Position numbers and translations under genes: made by a program. A stretch of 64,000 bases of DNA, from NCBI GenBank assembly GCA_963719475.1, contig CAVRCD010000008.1, forward strand, positions 30,845 through 94,844, given 5' to 3'. Below the pieces are notes generated by a model. That model did no database searches, was not told the origin of the DNA, and saw only the letters and a list, made by a program, of their open reading frames with translations. Shown piece by piece: positions 19,521-29,806 of this stretch (the first letter of the stretch is position 1; each line of letters starts with the position of its first letter). This DNA is from an uncultured Actinomycetota bacterium. Its GTDB lineage: Bacteria > Actinomycetota > Actinomycetes > Mycobacteriales > Nakamurellaceae.

Positions 19521-21596
19521 ATGCACATTGCCGGGCTGGTGTTCATCGACATCGCGATCATCATGATCGTGGCGCGGGTGTTCGGCCGACTGGCCATCGC
19601 GGTGGGTCAACCACCGGTGGTCGGGGAGATCATCGCCGGTATCGCGCTGGGGCCCAGCCTGCTCGGTCTGCTGCCGGGTGATCTCGAGACGAAGCTCTTC
19701 CCGCCGGAGGTCCTGCCCTACCTGTCGATCCTGGCCCAACTCGGCCTCGTGCTGTTCATGTTCATCGTCGGCCTCGAGCTGGATGTGCTGCTGATCCGTG
19801 GCCGGGAAAAGTTGGCCGGGACCATCTCCGCGGCGTCGGTGGTGCTGCCGTTCGCGCTCGGCGCCGGCCTGGCGATGGTGCTCTACCCCAGCCACGACGA
19901 GACGGCGGCCGGGCCGGTGGCGCCGCTGGCATTGGCGCTGTTCCTCGGCGTCGCGATGTCGATCACCGCCTTCCCGGTGCTCGCCCGCATCCTGACCGAT
20001 CGCGGGATGCACCGCACCACCACCGGCGTGCTGGCCCTGGCCTGCGCAGCGGTCGACGACATCATCGCCTGGACGCTGCTGGCCTTCGTCGTCGCCGTCG
20101 TGCAGGGCAACGGCCCGCTCGATGTGCTGCGGATCGTCGCCCTCACCGCTGTTTTCGCCGGCTTCATGTTCGGTCTCGTCCGGCCGGCCCTGCGCCGGCT
20201 GAACGACTGGTACCGCCGCGTCGGCCGGCTCACCCCCGACATCCTCGCCGTGGTGCTGATCGGGGTGCTGGTCTCCGCCTACATCACCGAGATCATCGGC
20301 ATCCACGCCATTTTCGGGGCGTTCATCTTCGGCGCGGTGATGCCGCGGCAGGGCGCCGCCGAGATGACCAGGGAGATCCTCGAACGCCTGGAGCAGGTCA
20401 GCGTGCTGTTGCTGCTGCCGCTGTTCTTCGTCGTCACCGGCCTGAACACCAACGTCGGCGGGATCACCGGCACCGGGCTCTGGCAACTGGCGTTGATCCT
20501 GCTCGCGGCCATCGGCGGCAAGTTCATCGGCGCCTTCGCGGCCGCCAGGGCGATGAAGGTGCCGAGCCGGCAATCCGCCGCCATCGGCGTGCTGATGAAC
20601 ACCCGCGGGTCTGACCGAGCTGGTGATCCTCAATGTCGGCCGGCAGCTCGGTGTGCTGGACGACGAGCTGTTCACGATGCTGGTGTTGATGGCGTTGATC
20701 ACCACGGCGATGACCGGCCCACTGCTCAAACGCGTGTACTCGGACCGGGTGATGCAGCGCGACATCGCCGCCGCCGAACGAGCGGCTCTCGGCGTCATCG
20801 ACTCCTACCGGGTGCTGGTGATGGTCGACGACGATCCAGCAGCGGTCACGGTCGCTGGCCGCGGTGGGAGCCGCGTTGCTCGGCACCGGCCGTCCGGCGG
20901 AAGTGGTGCTGAGCAGGCTGATCACCCGGCCGGCCGCGCCGCTGGAGGTCGGCGCCGCGGTGGTTCCCGACCTCGCCCGAATGGCGACCACGGTCGACGA
21001 ACTCAACGCGTTGGCCGGCGAGCTGAAGGCCGACGGGACCGCTGTCTCGGTGCTCACCAGGTTCTCCGGCGACCCCTGGGCGGACGTCGTCGCCCAGGCG
21101 AAGGCCGTCGAGGCGAACGTGGTGCTGGTCGACCGCGCCTTCGTCGAGCAGCCCGGTGTCCACGACCGTGCCGGTAGACCCGGAGTTCACGCTTGTCCTC
21201 GCACGATTGGGCGTCGACGCAGTGACTGCCGGTGACCAGGTCGGCGTCATCCTGGACAACGGACCCGACGGCCGAACGGCGCTCGTCCTCGGCTCCGCGG
21301 CGGCCGGACGACTGGGCGGCACCCTGGTCGTCGCCGCCCGGGACGGCGGCCGGGCGGCCCGCAAGGCCGCGTCGGCGCTGGCCCCGTTGCGCTCCGGCGG
21401 ACTCGACGTGCAGATCGTCGACGGGTCGCACGACGCATCGGACGCCGGGCTGGTGCTGATCGGCGTCGACAGCGTGCTCGAGCCGCTCACCGGCGCTCCG
21501 GCGCTGTCCTCCGGCACCGTGCTCGCCGTGCGGGCCGGCCTGGACGATCGTGAGGCCGAACTGGTCGAGCAGGTCGCCAAGCTGGCCGCCGACTGA
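19521..21596 (+). CDS. Cation:proton antiporter (CPA2 family) with C-terminal cytoplasmic domain (frameshifts near 20610, 20850, 21160)
   Basis: [40 protein letters not shown](LTELVIL) and TTAMTGP. Confidence 0.88.
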
Positions 21597-21679
21597 CCGC
21601 TTGTCGTCCCGACCGCGACGCTGACCGGAATTCGATCAACGTTGCGGGCCGAGTGCGGACGCAGCGCTGTCGCCGGGAT

Positions 21680-23225
21680 TCAGAGCCGGGCGTGCGGCGA
21701 CTCGAAGGTGAAGGTCCGGCGGCCGGTGCGGACGTGGGTACCGGGAGACAGCACGACAGGAGTGTTGGGCGCCAACCGGTTCCAGCCGGGCTGGCCGGTC
21801 GCGGCGACATAGGTGCCATTGGCCGACCCGCGGTCGATCAACAGCACATCCCAGCCCTCCAAACGGATCTCGGCGTGCACCCTGGACAGGGTGCCGCTGT
21901 CGTCGTCGAGCCGGATCGGCCGCAACCTGCTCTGGATGACGGCCTGGTCGACCTCCGGGTTCCGGCCGAGCAGGTAGTTGTCGTCCAGCACGAAGGTCGA
22001 TCCGATGTCCAGCACCAGCAACCCCAGTGGTGGCCGCCGACCGTCGACCAGGATGCCGGTCCGCTGATCCATCCGGATCCCGCAGACCGAGCAGAAGGAG
22101 ACCCGCGGATCGTTGTGATGGTTGCGGGAACAGCGGAAACCCTTGACCAGGACGTGCGCCGGCTGCTCGGGCGCCGGGGCTCCCGGCCGAGGCGGAGCGG
22201 GTTTGACGCCCGCGACCGGGAGCGGTGCCCGCCGGGCCTCGTGCACCCGGGAACCGAAGATCTGCTCGGACACCTTCGGCGGCCGCAACTGGGCCGGCGC
22301 GGCGCCGGGTGGTGGCGGCACGCTGCCGCGCTTGCGGCTGCAGGTTCCCGCCTGGCTGGAGGTTCCCGCCGGGCGACGGCGCACCGGCCGGAACGGGTGC
22401 CGGGTCCGGGCCGGGCACCGGCGGTGCCGGCGGGCGCAGGGGAGGCGGGTCCGGGATCGGGATGTTCGCGGCCGGCGGTTCCGCCGGTGGTGCCTGTGCC
22501 GGCGGCGGCGGGGGACCGGGAGTCGCGGTGCCGGATCCGGGCGCGGTGCCGGGTCGGGCCGGGCGGACGGGTGCTCCTGGGTCGGCGTCCAGGAACGGTT
22601 CCCCGGGGTCGGTGACCAGCGCCGAGACGGCGGGCGGCGGGGCGGCCGGCATCGGGGAGTGATGCCGACCCGCGCGCTGGCCCGCGACGCTGCTCGGCGC
22701 GGCCATCACGATGCCCTCGCCCGGGACGAGACCCTCGATCAACCCGGACCAGCCGAGGACGCCGATCGCCGTGCCGCCGTCCTCGGGATCCGGTGACGAC
22801 CCGGCCGCCAGCACGATCGGGCCCTTCGGCCACGGCAGCAGCCGGTCGACGGTGAAGGCAGCGGTCCGGCCGGAGAGCTGCAGCAGATCACCTGCGCCGG
22901 CCACGGCACCGGGTTCTGGGAGCTCGGAGAGGCTGACGTCGCCGTGCAGGAAGACCGCGATGCCCTCCTCGGTGGCGGCGACGGTGCCGAATCCCGGCAC
23001 TGCGCTGGTGGTCACCACCCACTCGGTGAGCAGCCGGGCCAGGTCCCGGCCGGGCGCCGGCGCGCCGTCGACGGCGGCCTCCCGGATCAGGCCGAGCAGG
23101 TCGGCCGACGACGCCTGACCGGCGCCCTCGTCACGCCGGATGACGACCACGATGCCGGGCACCCTGGCCACCAGGTGCCCGCCGGGCAGCACCTCACCGC
23201 GGATGTCGTCGAAGCTGACGTTCAC
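21680..23225 (-). CDS. FHA domain protein: N-terminal unknown domain, Pro-rich linker, zinc ribbon, FHA (frameshift near 22330)
   Basis: CSRNHHNDPRVSFCSVC then LLGRNP...LSRVHAEI...DRGSANGT; GTG at 23225 overlaps the upstream stop. Confidence 0.85.
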
Positions 23226-23656
23226 CAGAACCGGCCTCCCCGGAATCGCCAGCGCGAGAAGAAGATCTGCACCGGACCGTTGGCCACCAGCCAGACCACC
23301 AGCCACGTGGTGATGAATTGAATCAGGAACGCCGAAAGCGGGACAGAGTCGATGCCCGGCACCACGCCGGCGTTCAGCAGCAACCAGACCAGGATCCCCT
23401 CGTTGATCATGGTGAGCAGGCCGAAGAACGTGGGCCAGTCCTTCTCCCAACGGAACTGCTGGAGCCCGTGGTAGACGAACTCCCACAGCACGCCGAGGAC
23501 CAACACCGTCAGGAGCACCAGGAAGGTGGTCCGGTAGGAGGTGCTCAGCGGTTGGCCGGTGGGCAGGAACGGCGTGATGATCAGCGTCCAGATGCCACCG
23601 ACCACGATCAGCAGCACGATGCGCGTCTGGATCCGCCCGTACAGGGTGGGTACCAC
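23222..23656 (-). CDS. Small conserved 4-TM membrane protein
   Basis: MVPTLYGRIQTR...LQQFRWEKDWPT...RWRFRGGRFW; coupled to both neighbours. Confidence 0.8.
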   Translation of the reverse strand: MVPTLYGRIQTRIVLLIVVGGIWTLIITPFLPTGQPLSTSYRTTFLVLLTVLVLGVLWEFVYHGLQQFRWEKDWPTFFGLLTMINEGILVWLLLNAGVVPGIDSVPLSAFLIQFITTWLVVWLVANGPVQIFFSRWRFRGGRFW

Positions 23657-23665
23657 CGCTGCCCC

Positions 23666-25267
23666 CTAGATTTTCTTGTGGCGCGCCCAGCGCCACCACT
23701 GCCGGGTCGAGGCGGCAACCCCGAACTTCTTGCAGAAACCCAGCTTTGCCAGGTCGTCACAGATTTCCTGAGCAGCGATCTGCAGACCGAGGAAGGTGTC
23801 GACCCCGGGGAAGTAGCCGCCGAGCGTGGCACTTCCGGAGGCGTACAGCTTTCCCGGCTGGCTGCGCGCGCCGATCACCTCGAAGTTGCGATCGACGTCG
23901 AGCCGGCCGACCGGATTGCGGCCGACCCCGCTGTGGTCCATCAGGTCGGCGAGCACCCGGTGCTCCCGCACGTCGGCCTCGAGACCGGTGCAGTCGATGA
24001 CGAAGTCGGAGTAGACCTCGGTGATTCCGGGTGGTCCCTGGGTCGTCTTCAGGTAGGTGATCACCCCCTGGTTGTTCGGGCCGGGCCGCAGTTCGGTGAC
24101 CTCGCCGGTGATCGTCCGGTACCAGCCCTCCGCGCGACCCCGTTTCAGCTGGGACTGCCAGAGCTTGCGGACCGGGGTGTTGGTGCCGCCCATCTCCTTG
24201 TAGGCCTTGGCCCGCTCCTCGCCTTCCAGCTCGCGGATCTTGGCCTTGAGCTGGCCGCCCCACACCGACTTCGGGTAGTTGAAGCCCTGGTAGGCCCAGC
24301 CGTCACCGCCCTTGCGGCGTTTGAAGATGTTCGGCCCGTGTGCACCGGTGATGTAGGTGCGGAAGACGTGCACGATCTGGGTCTGCAGCCCGAATTTGTC
24401 CCGGTCGTCGATCAGTCGCTGCAGGACCCTGGACGCCACGATGCCGCCGCCGCGGATGACCACCGTCCCGGGACGCAGCGCGAGTTGCTGGTAGACGTGC
24501 TCGTGCGGCTCGTAGGCATTGACCACCTTGGACGGATCCCGGTAGTACTCGCGGTAGCGCTGCAGGTCGGGCAGCAACTTCAGGCCCGGATAACCGATCG
24601 CGACGTGCACATAGGGACTGCGGTAGGCCAGCCGGCGAGTCTGAGTGGCGCCCTGCGGCGGCGTCAGGATGGTGAAGTAGCCGCCATCCCGCCGGCGCCG
24701 GACCATCCGCACCTGCCCCTTGCGGACGCATTGCGCGTAGCCGATCCGGTCGTGTTCCCGCTCCATCGACTCGAAGGCCTGGCCGGCTTTCGGGGTGTAG
24801 TAGTCGGACAGGATCGGTTCGGTGAGCACGTTCCACAACGGCGCGACGAACTCCTTGATCGACTTGGCGCCGAACGCCTCCCGGACCGCGTAGCTGGGAA
24901 AGCCCCAGATGTTGTCCGGCGTCGACTTGGAGTCCGAACGGAGCCGTTCCCTCCGCGGGATCTGCGAGACCCGGGTCAGGTACTCGTAACTCGACCACGG
25001 CGTCTCCAACTGGGTGAGCACCGTGATGTCCGAGGCCGGCACGCCGTAGATCCGCAGGAAATCGACCGTCACGAACGACCCGATTCCGCCTCCGACGGTG
25101 ACGAACTTGGTGTCGATGATCGGGATACCGGCCCGTGCCACCATCTCGTCGGTCCAGATGTCGGTGTCGATCAACTCCTGGGTGAGATCGCCCCGGACCG
25201 GAGAAGGCGGTGCAGGGTTGGTCGCTCTGGGTGATTGCGGTGTCGACCGAACGGGCGGCTGGCTCAT
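23666..25267 (-). CDS. Uncharacterised two-dinucleotide-binding-domain flavoprotein (class B monooxygenase-like)
   Basis: VTVGGGIGS (FAD), HVAIGYPG, IRGGGIVAS (NAD(P)) and DFVIDCTG; strong GC3 codon bias; ATG at 25267 with GGGGGA RBS. Confidence 0.75.
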   Translation of the reverse strand: MSQPPVRSTPQSPRATNPAPPSPVRGDLTQELIDTDIWTDEMVARAGIPIIDTKFVTVGGGIGSFVTVDFLRIYGVPASDITVLTQLETPWSSYEYLTRVSQIPRRERLRSDSKSTPDNIWGFPSYAVREAFGAKSIKEFVAPLWNVLTEPILSDYYTPKAGQAFESMEREHDRIGYAQCVRKGQVRMVRRRRDGGYFTILTPPQGATQTRRLAYRSPYVHVAIGYPGLKLLPDLQRYREYYRDPSKVVNAYEPHEHVYQQLALRPGTVVIRGGGIVASRVLQRLIDDRDKFGLQTQIVHVFRTYITGAHGPNIFKRRKGGDGWAYQGFNYPKSVWGGQLKAKIRELEGEERAKAYKEMGGTNTPVRKLWQSQLKRGRAEGWYRTITGEVTELRPGPNNQGVITYLKTTQGPPGITEVYSDFVIDCTGLEADVREHRVLADLMDHSGVGRNPVGRLDVDRNFEVIGARSQPGKLYASGSATLGGYFPGVDTFLGLQIAAQEICDDLAKLGFCKKFGVAASTRQWWRWARHKKI

Positions 25268-25401
25268 TCGGAGGTCCCCCTTCTGCTGCACTGACCAGGC
25301 CTCGGGCGGCAACTAATCGCCGAGATCGTCATTGTCTGCCGATGTGATGAAGTGATCATCACTCATCTGGCCGTGTATGCCAACCACTAACTTCATCCGG
25401 T

Positions 25402-25881
25402 CTACGCAGCGGCGATCGGGGCGATCCTGGCCTTGCACACGGCGATCAGGTCCGCTGGGGCGAGCTCGACCTGGAGTCCGCGCTTTCCCGCGCTGACCAT
25501 CACGGTCTCGAAATGCTCGACGCTGCTGTCGATCACCGTCGGTAGGGCCTTGCGCTGACCGATCGGGGAGATGCCGCCCGCGACATACCCGGACGAGCGT
25601 TCCGCGTCGGCGACCTTCGCCAGCTGACCTCGCTTTCCGCCGGCAGCGGCGGCAAGAGCCTTCAGGTCCAGCTGGGTGGCCACCGGCACGATCCCGACCA
25701 CCAGGGAGCCGTCGACCGAGGCCACCAGGGTCTTGAAGACCCGCTCCGGATCCCAGTTCAGCGCCGCGACGACCTCGTCGCCGAATGCCGTCGTGCCCGG
25801 ATCGTGGTGGTACGGATGCAGGGTGTGCGCGACCTTGGCGCGGACGAGCACCGCGATCGCCGGGGTGGGGGCCGCTGCCAT
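25402..25881 (-). CDS. ybaK: Cys-tRNA(Pro) deacylase / aminoacyl-tRNA editing protein
   Basis: TPAI, RVFKTLV, LDLKALA, GYVAGGISPIGQRK and VSAGKRG. Confidence 0.93.
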   Translation of the reverse strand: MAAAPTPAIAVLVRAKVAHTLHPYHHDPGTTAFGDEVVAALNWDPERVFKTLVASVDGSLVVGIVPVATQLDLKALAAAAGGKRGQLAKVADAERSSGYVAGGISPIGQRKALPTVIDSSVEHFETVMVSAGKRGLQVELAPADLIAVCKARIAPIAAA

Positions 25882-25952
25882 GAGCCGAGATTAGTGCTGC
25901 AGACAGCGATGCGGCGCCCCGGTCAGGGACGCCGCATCAGGTCCGCGGTGGA

Positions 25953-26610
25953 TCAGACCGCTCCGGTGCGCTCCGGCATCCGGGCGAGCAGCACGCCGAG
26001 CACTCCGTAGCCCAGCAGCAGGTGCAGCCCGGCGGCCGGACCGCCGATCGTCGGGCCGAAGATGCCCATGATCGGCAGCACGACGATTGCCCAGCTCTCG
26101 GCCACCAACGGCCAGGCCCGCAGCAGCCCGGTCCACCGGCCCGCGACCGCCACCTTGATACCGATGACGAACATGCCGAGCATCGACAGCGGCCAGAACA
26201 CGTCGAGCACGGCCAGCCAGATGGCGCCCCGCATCTCGTCCGGCACCAGCGCATGCGCCACCGACCAGAACGTGGCCAGGCTCAGCAGCCCGAACTCGAA
26301 CCGGATCATTCCCCTGGCGATACGGCTGGTGCCGGTTGCGCCGGTCCTGAGCATGACGGTCAGCAGTCCGAACAGGCCCAGCTGCAGCGCCAGCCCGCCC
26401 AGATCACTGATCCGGCTGGCGATCTCCGTTTCGGCCACGCCGTAGACGAAGAAGGTGGTGGCGAAGGCCGCGGCGCCGGCGGTCAGCCCGAGCCCTGCCC
26501 ACCGCACGAAGGCAACAGAGGGCTTCGGACGTCGCTGTGGTCGAGGACATTTCGCGCTCGGCGGCGCCGTCGGTGCGAGCGGTGGCGGGGGTGGTGATCA
26601 TGTCGGACAT
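25953..26610 (-). CDS. Hypothetical membrane protein (probable frameshift near 26510)
   Basis: 5-6 TM segments (LDVFWPLSMLGMF, WPLVAESW); ATG 26610 with AGGGAG RBS lies in another frame. Confidence 0.65.
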
Positions 26611-26749
26611 CGTGTTTCTCCCTGGTGGTGTGGCCGGCCCGTTGGCCGGCGCTGCTGGATCTGATGGGCGGATCCGATGGGGTGGATCCGATGGGAGGAA
26701 CAGTGCCGTCGGGGCGTCCCGGGTCGGCAGGGTCTGCGGACCGTGATCG

Positions 26750-26806
26750 GGTCCCGGAAAAATGTCCCGGACATTCGGGACCGGAGTCCTCGGGACAACG
26801 GGACCC
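26750..26806. promoter_or_regulatory. Nested palindrome and CGGGAC repeats, candidate NarL-type response regulator site
   Basis: GGTCCCG-GAAA-AATGTCC-C-GGACATT-CGGGACC followed by two more CGGGAC copies. Confidence 0.55.
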
Positions 26807-26827
26807 TCGTCTTGCGACGATGATCCG

Positions 26828-28888
26828 ATGAGCGTGACAGCCACCCGATCGCGGGCGACGAGCGCCGCGTTCGTCGTCTCCCTGGTGCTGGTCGGCGCTG
26901 TCACGGCCGCGGTGCTGGTGCTCGATGTGCTGGCCGCGGGTGCGCAGGTGCCCGCTGATGCCTTCCTCGATCCGGGCTGGCTGACGGCCGTCACGGCGCT
27001 GGCCCAACTGATCCCCGGGATGTTGCTGCTGTGGCAGTTGCCCCGTCACCCGGTGGCCTGGGTACTGGTCGGCTCCGGGGTGTTGTGGTTGCTCGACGCG
27101 CTGGCCGCGAGCTGGGCGATCTATGCCCTGTACGTTCGGCCCGGCACCGGGGGCGCGGCCGCCGCGTACTGGTACTACTCCCGGTTCGGCGCCGTGTTGT
27201 TGCTCGGACTTCCGTTGCTGCTGCTGATCTTTCCGGACGGCCGGCTGCCGTCGGGACGGATCTGGCGTCCGCTGTCGGTGGTCAGCCTGGTGCTGACCGC
27301 GATCCTGCCGGTCGCGTTGATCCTGGTCCCGGTGGCGGACATCACCGCGTTCCATGAGCAGCCGTTGCCGCCGGAGATCGCGGTGCTGTCGATGGATCCG
27401 TTCGGGGTTCCGCTGCCGTTCTGGCCGGCGGTGCTGACGGTTGCCTACCTGGTGATCCCGGCGAGCCTGGTGGTGCCGGCGGCGGTGGTGGTGCACCGAT
27501 ACCGGGCGGCGCGCGGAGATCGTCGCCTGCAGCTGCGGTGGTTGGTCTGGGCGGGCCTGGTCGACGCGGTGTTGTTCCTGGCCGCGTGGCAACTACCCGG
27601 GCAGCTCTCCGGAGTGATGTTCGCGATCGCCGCCGGTGTGACGTCCGCGGGAATTGTGGTGGCGGTGACCCGGCACCGGCTGTACCGGATCGACCGGCTG
27701 CTCTCCACCACCGTGGTCTCGGCCCTGTTGCTGCTGCTGGTGGTCGCGGTCGACGCGCTGCTGTTGGTGCTGGCCGGCGGGCTGCTGGGCGGCCGGGATT
27801 CGGCGTTGCTGGCCATCGCCGTCGTCGCGGTGCTCTACACCCCGCTGCGGAACCGGCTCTGGTCCGCGGCCCGCCGGCTGGTCCGCGGTTCCCGGGACGA
27901 TCCGTATGGCACGGTGTCCGCGCTGGCCGAACGGTTGGAGTCCGCGGCGGGTCCGGACGAGCAGCTGGCTGCTGTCGCCCGATCCGTGGCGGAGGCGTTC
28001 CGGCTTCCCTACGTGCGGGTGGAGTTCACCCGGGCCACCGGCGAGCGCGCGGTGGTCGAACACGGGACGCGGTTGGGTGCGGTGCTGACGCTGCCGATCG
28101 TCTACCGCGGCGAATCGATCGGGCAGGTGTTGTTGTCCACCGCCGGGCCGCAGCTCTCGGAGCGTGACCAGCGACTGTTCGGCGATCTGATCCGGCAGGC
28201 TGCGGCCGCCGCCAGGTCGAGCGAGCTGAGTGCCGAGTTGCAACGGCAGCGGGAGCGGCTGGTCACCGCTCGCGAGGAGGAGCGCCGGAGGCTGCGGCGC
28301 GACCTGCACGACAGCCTCGGACCGAGCCTGGGAGCGGTGACCCTGCGCATCGAGACCGCCCGGAACCTGGCGGCCGGCGACCCCGCGGCTGCGGATCGGT
28401 TGCTCGGCCAGGCGGTGGACGACGTCTCCGGTGTGCTGGCCGACGTCCGTCGCCTGGTGCACGACCTGCGCCCGCCGGCCCTGGACGAACTCGGGCTGAG
28501 CCGGGCGATCGAGCAGCAGGCGGGCCGGTTGTCGGGCGGGACGGTGACCTTCGAGGTGCGCGTCGACGGCGACCTGACCGGGCTGCCGGCCGCGGTGGAG
28601 GTGGCGGCGTACCGGATCGCGTCGGAGGCGATGACCAACGTCGTCCGGCACTCAGCGGCCACCCGGTGCTGCGTCCTGCTGCGGGCCGAGCGCGGCGCAC
28701 TGATCCTCGAGATCACCGACAACGGAACCGGAATCGCCCCGCAGCAGCCCGCCGGAGTGGGCATGCTGTCGCTGCGCGAACGGGCCGCCGAACTCGGTGG
28801 CGAGTGCTCGGTCGACTGTCCCGCCGAAGGGGGCACGGTGGTCCGAGCCACGCTGCCCCGACCTCTCCCGGAAGGTGTCCATGCCTGA
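26828..28888 (+). CDS. Membrane sensor histidine kinase (HisKA_3, GAF-like domain)
   Basis: Multiple TM segments; EERRRLRRDLHDSLG, EAMTNVVRHS, DNGTG and GVGMLSLRERAAELGG. Confidence 0.93.
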   Translation: MSVTATRSRATSAAFVVSLVLVGAVTAAVLVLDVLAAGAQVPADAFLDPGWLTAVTALAQLIPGMLLLWQLPRHPVAWVLVGSGVLWLLDALAASWAIYALYVRPGTGGAAAAYWYYSRFGAVLLLGLPLLLLIFPDGRLPSGRIWRPLSVVSLVLTAILPVALILVPVADITAFHEQPLPPEIAVLSMDPFGVPLPFWPAVLTVAYLVIPASLVVPAAVVVHRYRAARGDRRLQLRWLVWAGLVDAVLFLAAWQLPGQLSGVMFAIAAGVTSAGIVVAVTRHRLYRIDRLLSTTVVSALLLLLVVAVDALLLVLAGGLLGGRDSALLAIAVVAVLYTPLRNRLWSAARRLVRGSRDDPYGTVSALAERLESAAGPDEQLAAVARSVAEAFRLPYVRVEFTRATGERAVVEHGTRLGAVLTLPIVYRGESIGQVLLSTAGPQLSERDQRLFGDLIRQAAAAARSSELSAELQRQRERLVTAREEERRRLRRDLHDSLGPSLGAVTLRIETARNLAAGDPAAADRLLGQAVDDVSGVLADVRRLVHDLRPPALDELGLSRAIEQQAGRLSGGTVTFEVRVDGDLTGLPAAVEVAAYRIASEAMTNVVRHSAATRCCVLLRAERGALILEITDNGTGIAPQQPAGVGMLSLRERAAELGGECSVDCPAEGGTVVRATLPRPLPEGVHA

Positions 28889-29549
28889 CGAATCGATCAG
28901 GGTCCTGCTCGCGGACGATCATCCGGTGTACCGGGACGGACTGTCGGCGCTGCTGTCGTCGGTGGCCGGGGTGGAGGTGGTGGGGACCGCGGCCGATGGC
29001 CGGCAGGCGGTCGAGCTCGCGATGGAGCTCCAGCCGGATGTGGTCGTGATGGATGTGCAGATGCCGGAGCTGAACGGCATCGAGGCGACCCGGCAGATCA
29101 CCGCGGACAGCCCGCACACCGGGGTGGTCGTGCTGACGATGAGCGAGGACGACGCCACCGTGTTCGCGGCGATGCGGGCCGGCGCGCTCGGCTACCTGCT
29201 CAAGGGGGCCAACCAGGGCGAGATCCTGCGGGCCATCACGGCGGTGGCGCAGGGCGAGGCGATCTTCGGGCCGATCATTGCCCGCCGGGTGGCCGAGTAC
29301 TTCCGGCCGGCGGGACCGTCGGCGGTCGAGTCGGCCTTCCCGCAGCTGACCTCCCGGGAGCGGGAGATCCTCGACCTGCTCGCCGCCGGCCGGTCGAACG
29401 CCCAGATCGCGAACGCGCTGTTCCTGTCCCCGAAGACGGTCCGGAACAACGTCTCGAACGTCTTCGCCAAGCTGCACGTGGCCGACCGGGCCGAGGCCAT
29501 CGTCCGGGCCAGGGACGCCGGGATGGGACGGGCGGCGCCGGCGGGTTGA
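28881..29549 (+). CDS. NarL/LuxR family response regulator
   Basis: VLLADDHP, VVMDVQMP and LTSREREIL...KTVRNNVSNVFAKL. Confidence 0.95.
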   Translation: MPDESIRVLLADDHPVYRDGLSALLSSVAGVEVVGTAADGRQAVELAMELQPDVVVMDVQMPELNGIEATRQITADSPHTGVVVLTMSEDDATVFAAMRAGALGYLLKGANQGEILRAITAVAQGEAIFGPIIARRVAEYFRPAGPSAVESAFPQLTSREREILDLLAAGRSNAQIANALFLSPKTVRNNVSNVFAKLHVADRAEAIVRARDAGMGRAAPAG

Positions 29550-29572
29550 CGGTGGTGGCGAAGCCGGGCGGG

Positions 29573-29806
29573 GGTGGAACATCGGCCGGTGTGACGCGGG
29601 CCGAAGTTCCGCTGGGAGCTCAGCGCCATGGACGAGCGAGGGTCCTGATTCGAACCCGGGCGAGGTTGGAACATCGGCCGAGGTCGCGCGGGCCAAAGGT
29701 CCGCTGGGCGCTCAGCGCCTGCACGAGCGAAGGTTCTGATCGAACCCCTAGGCCGCGGTGGAACATCGGCCGGTGTGACGCGGGCCAAATTTCCGCCGGG
29801 AGCTCA
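29573..29806. repeat. Three tandem ~92-bp degenerate repeats beginning GGTGGAACATCGGCCG
   Basis: Copies start at about 29573, 29665 and 29757. Confidence 0.88.

Noticed and set aside
25341-25367. GTGATGA-N5-TCATCAC inverted repeat upstream of the flavoprotein operon
   Set aside because: The 7-bp arms could be an operator, but no cognate regulator is adjacent and it is too short to support alone.
29573-29806. Possible CRISPR array next to a nuclease gene
   Set aside because: The whole ~92-bp unit is repeated with degeneracy, leaving no unique spacers, and the protein has no Cas features.
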